Below are positions 12,601 to 26,900 of a DNA stretch of 64,000 nt, piece by piece. This DNA comes from Auanema rhodensis. Its lineage: Eukaryota; Animalia; Nematoda. Numbering within the stretch: the first letter of the stretch is position 1; each line of letters opens with the position of its first letter. The stretch is from NCBI GenBank assembly GCA_964057225.1, contig OZ059899.1:124001-188000 (forward strand), given 5' to 3'. The notes beneath the pieces are model-generated. The model did no database searches. It was not told the origin of the DNA and was given only the letters and a program-made list of their open reading frames with translations. The position numbers and the translations under genes were made by a program.

Positions 12601-15600
12601 GTGCACATCACGTGTACATTTAATTAGCATAAATTAAAGTTCACGTAAATTTCAAAGTCATGGTTACCATGCACCAATATCAATAAAAATTTGTTTTTAG
12701 ACTAATATGGACATGGGGAATCTAATTTTGAAAACCGCATCTCTTTATCTTTCACGTGAAGCGAGTTACATACCAAGTGCACATCACGTGTACATTCAAT
12801 TAGCATAAATTAAAGTTCACGTAAATTTCAAAGTCATGGTTACAATGAACCAATATCAATAAAAATTTGTTTTTAGACTAATATGGACATGGGGAATCTA
12901 ATTTTGAAAACCGCATCTCTTTATCTTTCACGTGAAGCGAGTTACATACCAAGTGCACATCACGTGTACATTTAATTAGCATAAATTAAAGTTCACGTAA
13001 ATTTCAAAGTCATGGTTACCATGAACCAATATCAATAAAAATTTGTTTTTAGACTAATATGGACATGAGGAATCTAATTTTGAAAACCGCATCTCTTTAT
13101 CTTTCACGTGAAGCGAGTTACATACCAAGTGCACATCACGTGTACATTTAATTAGCATAAATTAAAGTTCACGTAAATTTCAAAGTCATGGTTACCATGC
13201 ACCAATATCAATAAAAATTTGTTTTTAGACTAATATGGACATGGGGAATCTAATTTTGAAAACCGCATCTCTTCATCTTTCACGTGAAGCGAGTTACATA
13301 CCAAGTGCACATCAAGTGTACATTTAATTAGCATAAATTAAAGTTCACGTAAATTTCAAAGTCATGGTTACCATGCACCAATATCAATAAAAATTTGTTT
13401 TTAGACTAATATGGACATGGGGAATCTAATTTTGAAAACCGCATCTCTTTATCTTTCACGTGAAGCGAGTTACATACCAAGTGCACATCACGTGTACATT
13501 TAATTAGCATAAATTAAAGTTCACGTAAATTTCAAAGTCATGGTTACCATGCACCAATATCAATAAAAATTTGTTTTTAGACTAATATGGACATGGGGAA
13601 TCTAATTTTGATAACCGCATCTCTTTATCTTTCACGTGAAGCGAGTTACATACCAAGTGCACATCACGTGTACATTTAATTAGCATAAATTAAAGTTCAC
13701 GTAAATTTCAAAGTCATGGTTACCATGAAGCAATATCAATAAAAATTTGTTTTTAGACTAATATGGACATGAGGAATCTAATTTTGAAAACCGCATCTCT
13801 TTATCTTTCACGTGAAGCGAGTTACATACCAAGTGCACATCACGTGTACATTAAATTAGCATAAATTAAAGTTCACGTAAATTTCAAAGTCATGGTTACC
13901 ATGAACCAATATCAATAAAAATTTGTTTTTAGACTAATATGGACATGGGGAATCTAATTTTGAAAACCGCATCTCTTTATCTTTCACGTGAAGCGAGTTA
14001 CATACCAAGTGCACATCACGTGTACATTTAATTAGCATAAATTAAAGTTCACGTAAATTTCAAAGTCATGGTTACCATGCACCAATATCAATAAAAATTT
14101 GTTTTTAGACTAATATGGACATGAGAAATCTAATTTTGAAAACCGCATCTCTTTATCTTTCACGTGAAGCGAGTTACATACCAAGTGCACATCACGTGTA
14201 CATTTAATTAGCATAAATTAAAGTTCACGTAAATTTCAAAGTCATGGTTACCATGCACCAATATCAATAAAAATTTGTTTTTAGACTAATATGGACATGG
14301 GGAATCTAATTTTGAAAACCGCATCTCTTTATCTTTCACGTGAAGCGAGTTACATACCAAGTGCACATCACGTGTACATTTAATTAGCATAAATTAAAGT
14401 TCACGTAAATTTCAAAGTCATGGTTACCATGCACCAATATCAATAAAAATATGTTTTTAGACTAATATGGACATGGGGAATCTAATTTTGAAAACCGCAT
14501 CTCTTTATCTTTCACGTGAAGCGAGTTACATACCAAGTGCACATCACGTGTACATTTAATTAGCATAAATTAAAGTTCACGTAAATTTCAAAGTCATGCT
14601 TACCATGCACCAATATCAATAAAAATTTGTTTTTAGACTAATATGGACATGGGGAATCTAATTTTGAAAACCGCATCTCTTCATCTTTCACGTGAAGCGA
14701 GTTACATACCAAGTGCACATCACGTGTACATTTAATTAGCATAAATTAAAGTTCACGTAAATTTCAAAGTCATGGTTACCATGCACCAATATCAATAAAA
14801 ATTTGTTTTTAGACTAATATGGACATGGGGAATCTAATTTTGAAAACCGCATCTCTTTATCTTTCACGTGAAGCGAGTTACATACCAAGTGCACATCACG
14901 TGTACATTTAGTTAGCATAAATTAAAGTTCACGTAAATTTCAAAGTCATGGTTACCATGCACCAATATCAATAAAAATATGTTTTTAGACTAATATGGAC
15001 ATGGGGAATCTAATTTTGAAAACCGCATCTCTTTATCTTTCACGTGAAGCGAGTTACATACCAAGTGCACATCACGTGTACATTCAATTAGCATAAATTA
15101 AAGTTCACGTAAATTTCAAAGTCATGGTTACAATGAACCAATATCAATAAAAATTTGTTTTTAGACTAATATGGACATGGGGAATCTAATTTTGAAAACC
15201 GCATCTCTTTATCTTTCACGTGAAGCGAGTTACATACCAAGTGCACATCACGTGTACATTTAATTAGCATAAATTAAAGTTCACGTAAATTTCAAAGTCA
15301 TGGTTACCATGCACCAATATCAATAAAAATTTGTTTTTAGACTAATATGGACATGGGGAATCTAATTTTGAAAACCGCATCTCTTTATCTTTCACGTGAA
15401 GCGAGTTACATACCAAGTGCACATCACGTGTACATTTAATTAGCATAAATTAAAGTTCACGTAAATTTCAAAGTCATGGTTACCATGCACCAATATCAAT
15501 AAAAATTTGTTTTTAGACTAATATGGACATGGGGAATCTAATTTTGAAAACCGCATCTCTTCATCTTTCACGTGAAGCGAGTTACATACCAAGTGCACAT

Positions 15601-15836
15601 CAAGTGTACATTTAATTAGCATAAATTAAAGTTCACGTAAATTTCAAAGTCATGGTTACCATGCACCAATATCAATAAAAATTTGTTTTTAGACTAATAT
15701 GGACATGGGGAATCTAATTTTGAAAACCGCATCTCTTTATCTTTCACGTGAAGCGAGTTACATACCAAGTGCACATCACGTGTACATTTAATTAGCATAA
15801 ATTAAAGTTCACGTAAATTTCAAAGTCATGGTTACC
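5455..15836 (+). repeat. Tandem ~5.1-5.3-kb duplication (M32-M61, 30 monomers, followed by M62-M90, 29 monomers)
   Basis: The C81G / tgacagac / G95A+G170A trio starts at 5455 and again at 10734. Later markers are offset by 5103 bp (6335 to 11438; 8974 to 14077; 9854 to 14957). One monomer is missing in the second copy. Confidence 0.88.
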
Positions 15837-18800
15837 ATGCACCAATATCAATAAAAAATTGTTTTTAGACTAATATGGACATGGGGAATCTAATTTTGAT
15901 AACCGCATCTCTTTATCTTTCACGTGAAGCGAGTTACATACCAAGTGCACATCACGTGTACATTTAATTAGCATAAATTAAAGTTCACGTAAATTTCAAA
16001 GTCATGGTTACCATGAAGCAATATCAATAAAAATTTGTTTTTAGACTAATATGGACATGGGGAATCTAATTTTGAAAACCGCATCTCTTTATCTTTCACG
16101 TGAAGCGAGTTACATACCAAGGGCACATCACGTGTACATTTAATTAGCATAAATTAAAGTTCAAGTAAATTTCAAAGTCATGGTTACCATGAACCAATAT
16201 CAATAAAAATTTGTTTTTAGACTAATATGGACATGGGGAATCTAATTTTGAAAACCGCATCTCTTCATCTTTCACGTGAAGCGAGTTACATACCAAGTGC
16301 ACATCACGTGTACATTTAATTAGCATAAATTAAAGTTCACGTAAATTTCAAAGTCATGGTTACCATGAAGCAATATCAATAAAAATTTGTTTTTAGACTA
16401 ATATGGACATGGGGAATCTAATTTTGAAAACCGCATCTCTTTATCTTTCACGTGAAGCGAGTTACATACCAAGTGCTCATCACGTGTACATTTAATTAGC
16501 ATAAATTAAAGTTCACGTAAATTTCAAAGTCATGGTTACCATGCACCAAATCAATAAAAATTTGTTTTTAGACTAATATGGACATGGGGAATCTAATTTT
16601 GAAAACCGCATCTCTTTATCTTTCACGTGAAGCGAGTTACATACCAAGTGCACATCACGTGTACATTTAATTAGCATAAATTAAAGTTCACGTAAATTTC
16701 AAAGTCATGGTTACCATGAAGCAATATCAATAAAAATTTGTTTTTAGACTAATATGGACATGGGGAATCTAATTTTGAAAACCGCATCTCTTTATCTTTC
16801 ACGTGAAGCGAGTTACATACCAAGGGCACATCACGTGTACATTTAATTAGCATAAATTAAAGTTCAAGTAAATTTCAAAGTCATGGTTACCATGAACCAA
16901 TATCAATAAAAATTTGTTTTTAGACTAATATGGACATGGGGAATCTAATTTTGAAAACCGAATCTCTTCATCTTTCACGTGAAGCGAGTTACATACCAAG
17001 TGCACATCACGTGTACATTTAATTAGCATAAATTAAAGTTCACGTAAATTTCAAAGTCATGGTTACCATGCACCAATATCAATAAAAATTTGTTTTTAGA
17101 CTAATATGGACATGGGGAATCTAATTTTGAAAACCGCATCTTTTTATCTTTCACGTTAAGCGAGTTACATACCAAGTGCACATCACGTGTACATTTAATT
17201 AGCATAAATTAAAGTTCACGTAAATTTCAAAGTCATAGTTACCATGCACCAATATCAATAAAAATTTGTTTTTAGACTACTATGGACATGGGGAATCTAA
17301 TTTTGAAAACCGCATCTCTTTATCTTTCACGTGAAGCGAGTTACATACCAAGTGCACATCACGTGTACATTTAATTAGCATAAATTAAAGTTCACGTAAA
17401 TTTCAAAGTCATGGTTACCATGAAGCAATATCAATAAAAATTTGTTTTTAGACTAATATGGACATGGGGAATCTAATTTTGAAAACCGCATCTCTTTATC
17501 TTTCACGTGAAGCGAGTTACATACCAAGTGCACATCACGTGTACATTTAATTAGCATAAATTAAAGTTCACGTAAATTTCAAAGTCATGGTTACCATGAA
17601 CCAATATCAATAAAAATTTGTTTTTAGACTAATATGGACATGGGGAATCTAATTTTGAAAACCGCATCTCTTTATCTTTCACGTGAAGCGAGTTACATAC
17701 CAAGTGCACATCACGTGTACATTTAATTAGCATAAATTAAAGTTCACGTAAATTTCAAAGTCATGGTTACCATGCACCAATATCAATAAAAATTTGTTTT
17801 TAGACTAATATGGACATGGGGAATCTAATTTTGAAAACCGCATCTCTTTATGTTTCACGTGAAGCGAGTTACATACCAAGTGCACATCACGTGTACATTT
17901 AATTAGCATAAATTAAAGTTCACGTAAATTTCAAAGTCATGGTTACCATGCACCAATATCAATAAAAATTTGTTTTTAGACTAATATGGACATGGGGAAT
18001 CTAATTTTGAAAACCGCATCTCTTTATCTTTCACGTGAAGCGAGTGACAGACCAAGTGCACATCACGTGTACATTTAATTAGCATAAATTAAAGTTCACG
18101 TAAATTTCAAAGTCATGGTTACCATGAACCAATATCAATAAAAATTTGTTTTTAGACTAATATGGACATGGGGAATCTAATTTTGAAAACCGCATCTCTT
18201 TATCTTTCACGTGAAGCAAGTTACATACCAAGTGCACATCACGTGTACATTTAATTAGCATAAATTAAAGTTCACGTAAATTTCAAAGTCATAGTTACCA
18301 TGCACCAATATCAATAAAAATTTGTTTTTAGACTAATATGGACATGGGGAATCTAATTTTGAAAACCGCATCTCTTTATCTTTCACGTGAAGCGAGTTAC
18401 ATACCAATTGCACATCACGTGTACATTTAATTAGCATAAATTAAAGTTCACGTAAATTTCAAAGTCATGGTTACCATGCACCAATATCAATAAAAATTTG
18501 TTTTTAGACTAATATGGACATGGGGAATCTAATTTTGAAAACCGCATCTCTTTATCTTTCACGTGAAGCGAGTTACATACCAAGTGCACATCACGTGTAC
18601 ATTTAATTAGCATAAATTAAAGTTCACGTAAATTTCAAAGTCATGGTTACCATGCACCAATATCAATAAAAATTTGTTTTTAGACTAATATGGACATGGG
18701 GAATCTAATTTTGAAAACCGCATCTCTTTATCTTTCACGTGAAGCGAGTTACATACCAAGTGCACATCACGTGTACATTTAATTAGCATAAATTAAAGTT

Positions 18801-21800
18801 CACGTAAATTTCAAAGTCATGCTTACCATGCACCAATATCAATAAAAATTTGTTTTTAGACTAATATGGACATGGGGAATCTAATTTTGAAAACCGCATC
18901 TCTTCATCTTTCACGTGAAGCGAGTTACATACCAAGTGCACATCACGTGTACATTTAATTAGCATAAATTAAAGTTCACGTAAATTTCAAAGTCATGGTT
19001 ACCATGCACCAATATCAATAAAAATTTGTTTTTAGACTAATATGGACATGGGGAATCTAATTTTGAAAACCGCATCTCTTCATCTTTCACGTGAAGCGAG
19101 TTACATACCAAGTGCACATCACGTGTACATTTAATTAGCATAAATTAAAGTTCACGTAAATTTCAAAGTCATGGTTACCATGCACCAATATCAATAAAAA
19201 TTTGTTTTTAGACTAATATGGACATGGGGAATCTAATTTTGAAAACCGCATCTCTTTATCTTTCACGTGAAGCGAGTTACATACCAAGTGCTCATCACGT
19301 GTACATTTAATTAGCATAAATTAAAGTTCACGTAAATTTCAAAGTCATGGTTACCATGCACCAAATCAATAAAAATTTGTTTTTAGACTAATATGGACAT
19401 GGGGAATCTAATTTTGAAAACCGCATCTCTTTATCTTTCACGTGAAGCGAGTTACATACCAAGTGCACATCACGTGTACATTTAATTAGCATAAATTAAA
19501 GTTCACGTAAATTTCAAAGTCATGGTTACCATGAACCAATATCAATAAAAATTTGTTTTTAGACTAATATGGACATGGGGAATCTAATTTTGAAAACCGC
19601 ATCTCTTCATCTTTCACGTGAAGCGAGTTACATACCAAGTGCACATCACGTGTACATTTAATTAGCATAAATTAAAGTTCACGTAAATTTCAAAGTCATG
19701 GTTACCATGCACCAATATCAATAAAAATTTGTTTTTAGACTAATATGGACATGGGGAATCTAATTTTGAAAACCGCATCTCTTTATCTTTCACGTTAAGC
19801 GAGTTACATACCAAGTGCACATCACGTGTACATTTAATTAGCATAAATTAAAGTTCACGTAAATTTCAAAGTCATGGTTACCATGCACCAATATCAATAA
19901 AAATTTGTTTTTAGACTAATATGGACATGGGGAATCTAATTTTGAAAACCGCATCTCTTTATCTTTCACGTGAAGCGAGTTACATACCAAGTGCACATCA
20001 CGTGTACATTCAATTAGCATAAATTAAAGTTCACGTAAATTTCAAAGTCATGGTTACAATGAACCAATATCAATAAAAATTTGTTTTTAGACTAATATGG
20101 ACATGGGGAATCTAATTTTGAAAACCGCATCTCTTTATCTTTCACGTGAAGCGAGTTACATACCAAGTGCACATCACGTGTACATTTAATTAGCATAAAT
20201 TAAAGTTCACGTAAATTTCAAAGTCATGGTTACCATGCACCAATATCAATAAAAATTTGTTTTTAGACTAATATGGACATGGGGAATCTAATTTTGAAAA
20301 CCGCATCTCTTCATCTTTCACGTGAAGCGAGTTACATACCAAGTGCACATCAAGTGTACATTTAATTAGCATAAATTAAAGTTCACGTAAATTTCAAAGT
20401 CATGGTTACCATGCACCAATATCAATAAAAATTTGTTTTTAGACTAATATGGACATGGGGAATCTAATTTTGAAAACCGCATCTCTTCATCTTTCACGTG
20501 AAGCGAGTTACATACCAAGTGCACATCAAGTGTACATTTAATTAGCATAAATTAAAGTTCACGTAAATTTCAAAGTCATGGTTACCATGCACCAATATCA
20601 ATAAAAATTTGTTTTTAGACTAATATGGACATGGGGAATCTAATTTTGAAAACCGCATCTCTTTATCTTTCACGTGAAGCGAGTTACATACCAAGTGCAC
20701 ATCACGTGTACATTTAATTAGCATAAATTAAAGTTCACGTAAATTTCAAAGTCATGGTTACCATGCACCAATATCAATAAAAATTTGTTTTTAGACTAAT
20801 ATGGACATGGGGAATCTAATTTTGATAACCGCATCTCTTTATCTTTCACGTGAAGCGAGTTACATACCAAGTGCACATCACGTGTACATTTAATTAGCAT
20901 AAATTAAAGTTCACGTAAATTTCAAAGTCATGGTTACCATGAAGCAATATCAATAAAAATTTGTTTTTAGACTAATATGGACATGAGGAATCTAATTTTG
21001 AAAACCGCATCTCTTTATCTTTCACGTGAAGCGAGTTACATACCAAGTGCACATCACGTGTACATTAAATTAGCATAAATTAAAGTTCACGTAAATTTCA
21101 AAGTCATGGTTACCATGAACCAATATCAATAAAAATTTGTTTTTAGACTAATATGGACAAGGGGAATCTAATTTTGAAAACCGCATCTCTTTATCTTTCA
21201 CGTGAAGCGAGTTACATACCAAGTGCACATCACGTGTACATTTAATTAGCATAAATTAAAGTTCACGTAAATTTCAAAGTCATGGTTACCATGCACCAAT
21301 ATCAATAAAAATTTGTTTTTAGACTAATATGGACATGAGAAATCTAATTTTGAAAACCGCATCTCTTTATCTTTCACGTGAAGCGAGTTACATACCAAGT
21401 GCACATCACGTGTACATTTAATTAGCATAAATTAAAGTTCACGTAAATTTCAAAGTCATGGTTACCATGCACCAATATCAATAAAAATTTGTTTTTAGAC
21501 TAATATGGACATGGGGAATCTAATTTTGAAAACCGCATCTCTTTATCTTTCACGTGAAGCGAGTTACATACCAAGTGCACATCACGTGTACATTTAATTA
21601 GCATAAATTAAAGTTCACGTAAATTTCAAAGTCATGGTTACCATGCACCAATATCAATAAAAATATGTTTTTAGACTAATATGGACATGGGGAATCTAAT
21701 TTTGAAAACCGCATCTCTTTATCTTTCACGTGAAGCGAGTTACATACCAAGTGCACATCACGTGTACATTTAATTAGCATAAATTAAAGTTCACGTAAAT

Positions 21801-21994
21801 TTCAAAGTCATGCTTACCATGCACCAATATCAATAAAAATTTGTTTTTAGACTAATATGGACATGGGGAATCTAATTTTGAAAACCGCATCTCTTCATCT
21901 TTCACGTGAAGCGAGTTACATACCAAGTGCACATCACGTGTACATTTAATTAGCATAAATTAAAGTTCACGTAAATTTCAAAGTCATGGTTACC
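15133..21994 (+). repeat. Long duplicated block A, copy 2 (M87-M125)
   Basis: Matches 2816-9677 monomer for monomer. I saw only three differences, at 4214, 7084 and 21160. Confidence 0.9.
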
Positions 21995-23929
21995 ATGCAC
22001 CAATATCAATAAAAATTTGTTTTTAGACTAATATGGACATGGGGAATCTAATTTTGAAAACCGCATCTCTTCATCTTTCACGTGAAGCGAGTTACATACC
22101 AAGTGCACATCACGTGTACATTTAATTAGCATAAATTAAAGTTCACGTAAATTTCAAAGTCATGGTTACCATGCACCAATATCAATAAAAATTTGTTTTT
22201 AGACTAATATGGACATGGGGAATCTAATTTTGAAAACCGCATCTCTTTATCTTTCACGTGAAGCGAGTTACATACCAAGTGCTCATCACGTGTACATTTA
22301 ATTAGCATAAATTAAAGTTCACGTAAATTTCAAAGTCATGGTTACCATGCACCAAATCAATAAAAATTTGTTTTTAGACTAATATGGACATGGGGAATCT
22401 AATTTTGAAAACCGCATCTCTTTATCTTTCACGTGAAGCGAGTTACATACCAAGTGCACATCACGTGTACATTTAATTAGCATAAATTAAAGTTCACGTA
22501 AATTTCAAAGTCATGGTTACCATGTAGCAATATCAATAAAAATTTGTTTTTAGACTAATATGGACATGGGGAATCTAATTTTGAAAACCGCATCTCTTTA
22601 TCTTTCACGTGAAGCGAGTTACATACCAAGGGCACATCACGTGTACATTTAATTAGCATAAATTAAAGTTCAAGTAAATTTCAAAGTCATGGTTACCATG
22701 AACCAATATCAATAAAAATTTGTTTTTAGACTAATATGGACATGGGGAATCTAATTTTGAAAACCGCATCTCTTCATCTTTCACGTGAAGCGAGTTACAT
22801 ACCAAGTGCACATCACGTGTACATTTAATTAGCATAAATTAAAGTTCACGTAAATTTCAAAGTCATGGTTACCATGCACCAATATCAATAAAAATTTGTT
22901 TTTAGACTAATATGGACATGGGGAATCTAATTTTGAAAACCGCATCTCTTCATCTTTCACGTGAAGCGAGTTACATACCAAGTGCACATCAAGTGTACAT
23001 TTAATTAGCATAAATTAAAGTTCACGTAAATTTCAAAGTCATGGTTACCATGCACCAATATCAATAAAAATTTGTTTTTAGACTAATATGGACATGGGGA
23101 ATCTAATTTTGAAAACCGCATCTCTTCATCTTTCACGTGAAGCGAGTTACATACCAAGTGCACATCAAGTGTACATTTAATTAGCATAAATTAAAGTTCA
23201 CGTAAATTTCAAAGTCATGGTTACCATGCACCAATATCAATAAAAATTTGTTTTTAGACTAATATGGACATGGGGAATCTAATTTTGAAAACCGCATCTC
23301 TTTATCTTTCACGTGAAGCGAGTTACATACCAAGTGCACATCACGTGTACATTTAATTAGCATAAATTAAAGTTCACGTAAATTTCAAAGTCATGGTTAC
23401 CATGCACCAATATCAATAAAAATTTGTTTTTAGACTAATATGGACATGGGGAATCTAATTTTGATAACCGCATCTCTTTATCTTTCACGTGAAGCGAGTT
23501 ACATACCAAGTGCACATCACGTGTACATTTAATTAGCATAAATTAAAGTTCACGTAAATTTCAAAGTCATGGTTACCATGAAGCAATATCAATAAAAATT
23601 TGTTTTTAGACTAATATGGACATGAGGAATCTAATTTTGAAAACCGCATCTCTTTATCTTTCACGTGAAGCGAGTTACATACCAAGTGCACATCACGTGT
23701 ACATTTAATTAGCATAAATTAAAGTTCACGTAAATTTCAAAGTCATGGTTACCATGCACCAATATCAATAAAAATTTGTTTTTAGACTAATATGGACATG
23801 AGAAATCTAATTTTGAAAACCGCATCTCTTTATCTTTCACGTGAAGCGAGTTACATACCAAGTGCACATCACGTGTACATTTAATTAGCATAAATTAAAG
23901 TTCACGTAAATTTCAAAGTCATGGTTACC

Positions 23930-26900
23930 ATGCACCAATATCAATAAAAATTTGTTTTTAGACTAATATGGACATGGGGAATCTAATTTTGAAAACCGCA
24001 TCTCTTTATCTTTCACGTGAAGCGAGTTACATACCAAGTGCACATCACGTGTACATTTAATTAGCATAAATTAAAGTTCACGTAAATTTCAAAGTCGTGG
24101 TTACCATGCACCAATATCAATAAAAATTCGTTTTTAGACTAATATGGACATGGGGAATCTAACTTTGGAAACCGCATCTCTTTATCTTTCACGTGAAGCG
24201 AGTTACATACCAAGTGCACATCACGTGTACATTTAATTAGCATAAATTAAAGTTCACGTAAATTTCAAAGTCATGGTTACCATGCACCAATATCAGTAAA
24301 AATTTGTTTTTAGACTAATATGGACATGGGGAATCTAATTTTGAAAACCGCATCTCTTTATCTTTCACGTGAAGCGAGTTACATACCAAGTGCACATCAC
24401 GTGTACATTTAATTAGCATAAATTAAAGTTCACGTAAATTTCAAAGTCATGGTTACCATGCACCAATATCAATAAAAATTTGTTTTTAGACTAATATGGA
24501 CATGGGGAGTCTAATTTTGAAAACCGCATCTCTTTATCTTTCACGTTAAGCGAGTTACATACCAAGTGCACATCACGTGTACATTTAATTAGCATAAATT
24601 AAAGTTCACGTAAATTTCAAAGTCATGGTTACCATGCACCAATATCAATAAAAATTTGTTTTTAGACTAATATGGACATGGGGAATCTAATTTTGAAAAC
24701 CGCATCTCTTTATCTTTCACGTGAAGCGAGTTACATACCAAGGGCACATCACGTGTACATTTAATTAGCATAAATTAAAGTTCAAGTAAATTTCAAAGTC
24801 ATGGTTACCATGCACCAATATCAATAAAAATTTGTTTTTAGACTAATATGGACATGGGGAATCTAATTTTGAAAACCGCATCTCTTTATCTTTCACGTTA
24901 AGCGAGTTACATACCAAGTGCACATCACGTGTACATTTAATTAGCATAAATTAAAGTTCACGTAAATTTCAAAGTCATGGTTACCATGCACCAATATCAA
25001 TAAAAATTTGTTTTTAGACTAATATGGACATGGGGAATCTAATTTTGAAAACCGCATCTCTTTATCTTTCACGTGAAGCGAGTTACATACCAAGTGCACA
25101 TCACGTGTACATTTAATTAGCATAAATTAAAGTTCACGTAAATTTCAAAGTCATGGTTACCATGCACCAATATCAATAAAAATTTGTTTTTAGACTAATA
25201 TGGACATGGGGAATCTAATTTTGAAAACCGCATCTCTTTATCTTTCACGTGAAGCGAGTTACATACCAAGTGCACATCACGTGTACATTTAATTAGCATA
25301 AATTAAAGTTCACGTAAATTTCAAAGTCATGGTTACCATGCACCAATATCAATAAAAATTTGTTTTTAGACTAATATGGACATGGGGAATCTAATTTTGA
25401 AAACCGCATCTCTTTATCTTTCACGTGAAGCGAGTTACATACCAAGTGCACATCACGTGTACATTTAATTAGCATAAATTAAAGTTCACGTAAATTTCAA
25501 AGTCATGCTTACCATGCACCAATATCAATAAAAATTTGTTTTTAGACTAATATGGACATGGGGAATCTAATTTTGAAAACCGCATCTCTTCATCTTTCAC
25601 GTGAAGCGAGTTACATACCAAGTGCACATCACGTGTACATTTAATTAGCATAAATTAAAGTTCACGTAAATTTCAAAGTCATGGTAACCATGCACCAATA
25701 TCAATAAAAATTTGTTTTTAGACTAATATGGACATGGGGAATCTAATTTTGAAAACCGCATCTCTTCATCTTTCACGTGAAGCGAGTTACATACCAAGTG
25801 CACATCACGTGTACATTTAATTAGCATAAATTAAAGTTCACGTAAATTTCAAAGTCATGGTTACCATGCACCAATATCAATAAAAATTTGTTTTTAGACT
25901 AATATGGACATGGGGAATCTAATTTTGAAAACCGCATCTCTTTATCTTTCACGTGAAGCGAGTTACATACCAAGTGCTCATCACGTGTACATTTAATTAG
26001 CATAAATTAAAGTTCACGTAAATTTCAAAGTCATGGTTACCATGCACCAAATCAATAAAAATTTGTTTTTAGACTAATATGGACATGGGGAATCTAATTT
26101 TGAAAACCGCATCTCTTTATCTTTCACGTGAAGCGAGTTACATACCAAGTGCACATCACGTGTACATTTAATTAGCATAAATTAAAGTTCACGTAAATTT
26201 CAAAGTCATGGTTACCATGAAGCAATATCAATAAAAATTTGTTTTTAGACTAATATGGACATGGGGAATCTAATTTTGAAAACCGCATCTCTTTATCTTT
26301 CACGTGAAGCGAGTTACATACCAAGGGCACATCACGTGTACATTTAATTAGCATAAATTAAAGTTCAAGTAAATTTCAAAGTCATGGTTACCATGAACCA
26401 ATATCAATAAAAATTTGTTTTTAGACTAATATGGACATGGGGAATCTAATTTTGAAAACCGCATCTCTTCATCTTTCACGTGAAGCGAGTTACATACCAA
26501 GTGCACATCACGTGTACATTTAATTAGCATAAATTAAAGTTCACGTAAATTTCAAAGTCATGGTTACCATGCACCAATATCAATAAAAATTTGTTTTTAG
26601 ACTAATATGGACATGGGGAATCTAATTTTGAAAACCGCATCTCTTTATCTTTCACGTTAAGCGAGTTACATACCAAGTGCACATCACGTGTACATTTAAT
26701 TAGCATAAATTAAAGTTCACGTAAATTTCAAAGTCATGGTTACCATGCACCAATATCAATAAAAATTTGTTTTTAGACTAATATGGACATGGGGAATCTA
26801 ATTTTGATAACCGCATCTCTTTATCTTTCACGTGAAGCGAGTTACATACCAAGTGCACATCACGTGTACATTTAATTAGCATAAATTAAAGTTCACGTAA

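Larger units (their letters stand above)
1..23929. repeat. Left variant domain of the array
   Basis: Characteristic variants: A113T (gtgctc), T99G+T103G (tgacagac), C119A (catcaag), T129C+C176A (attcaa/acaatg), G171C (catgctt), T110G (aagggc), C81G (ttatgtt), T23A (aatatg). None of these was seen beyond ~26.4 kb. The boundary is approximate. Confidence 0.85.
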
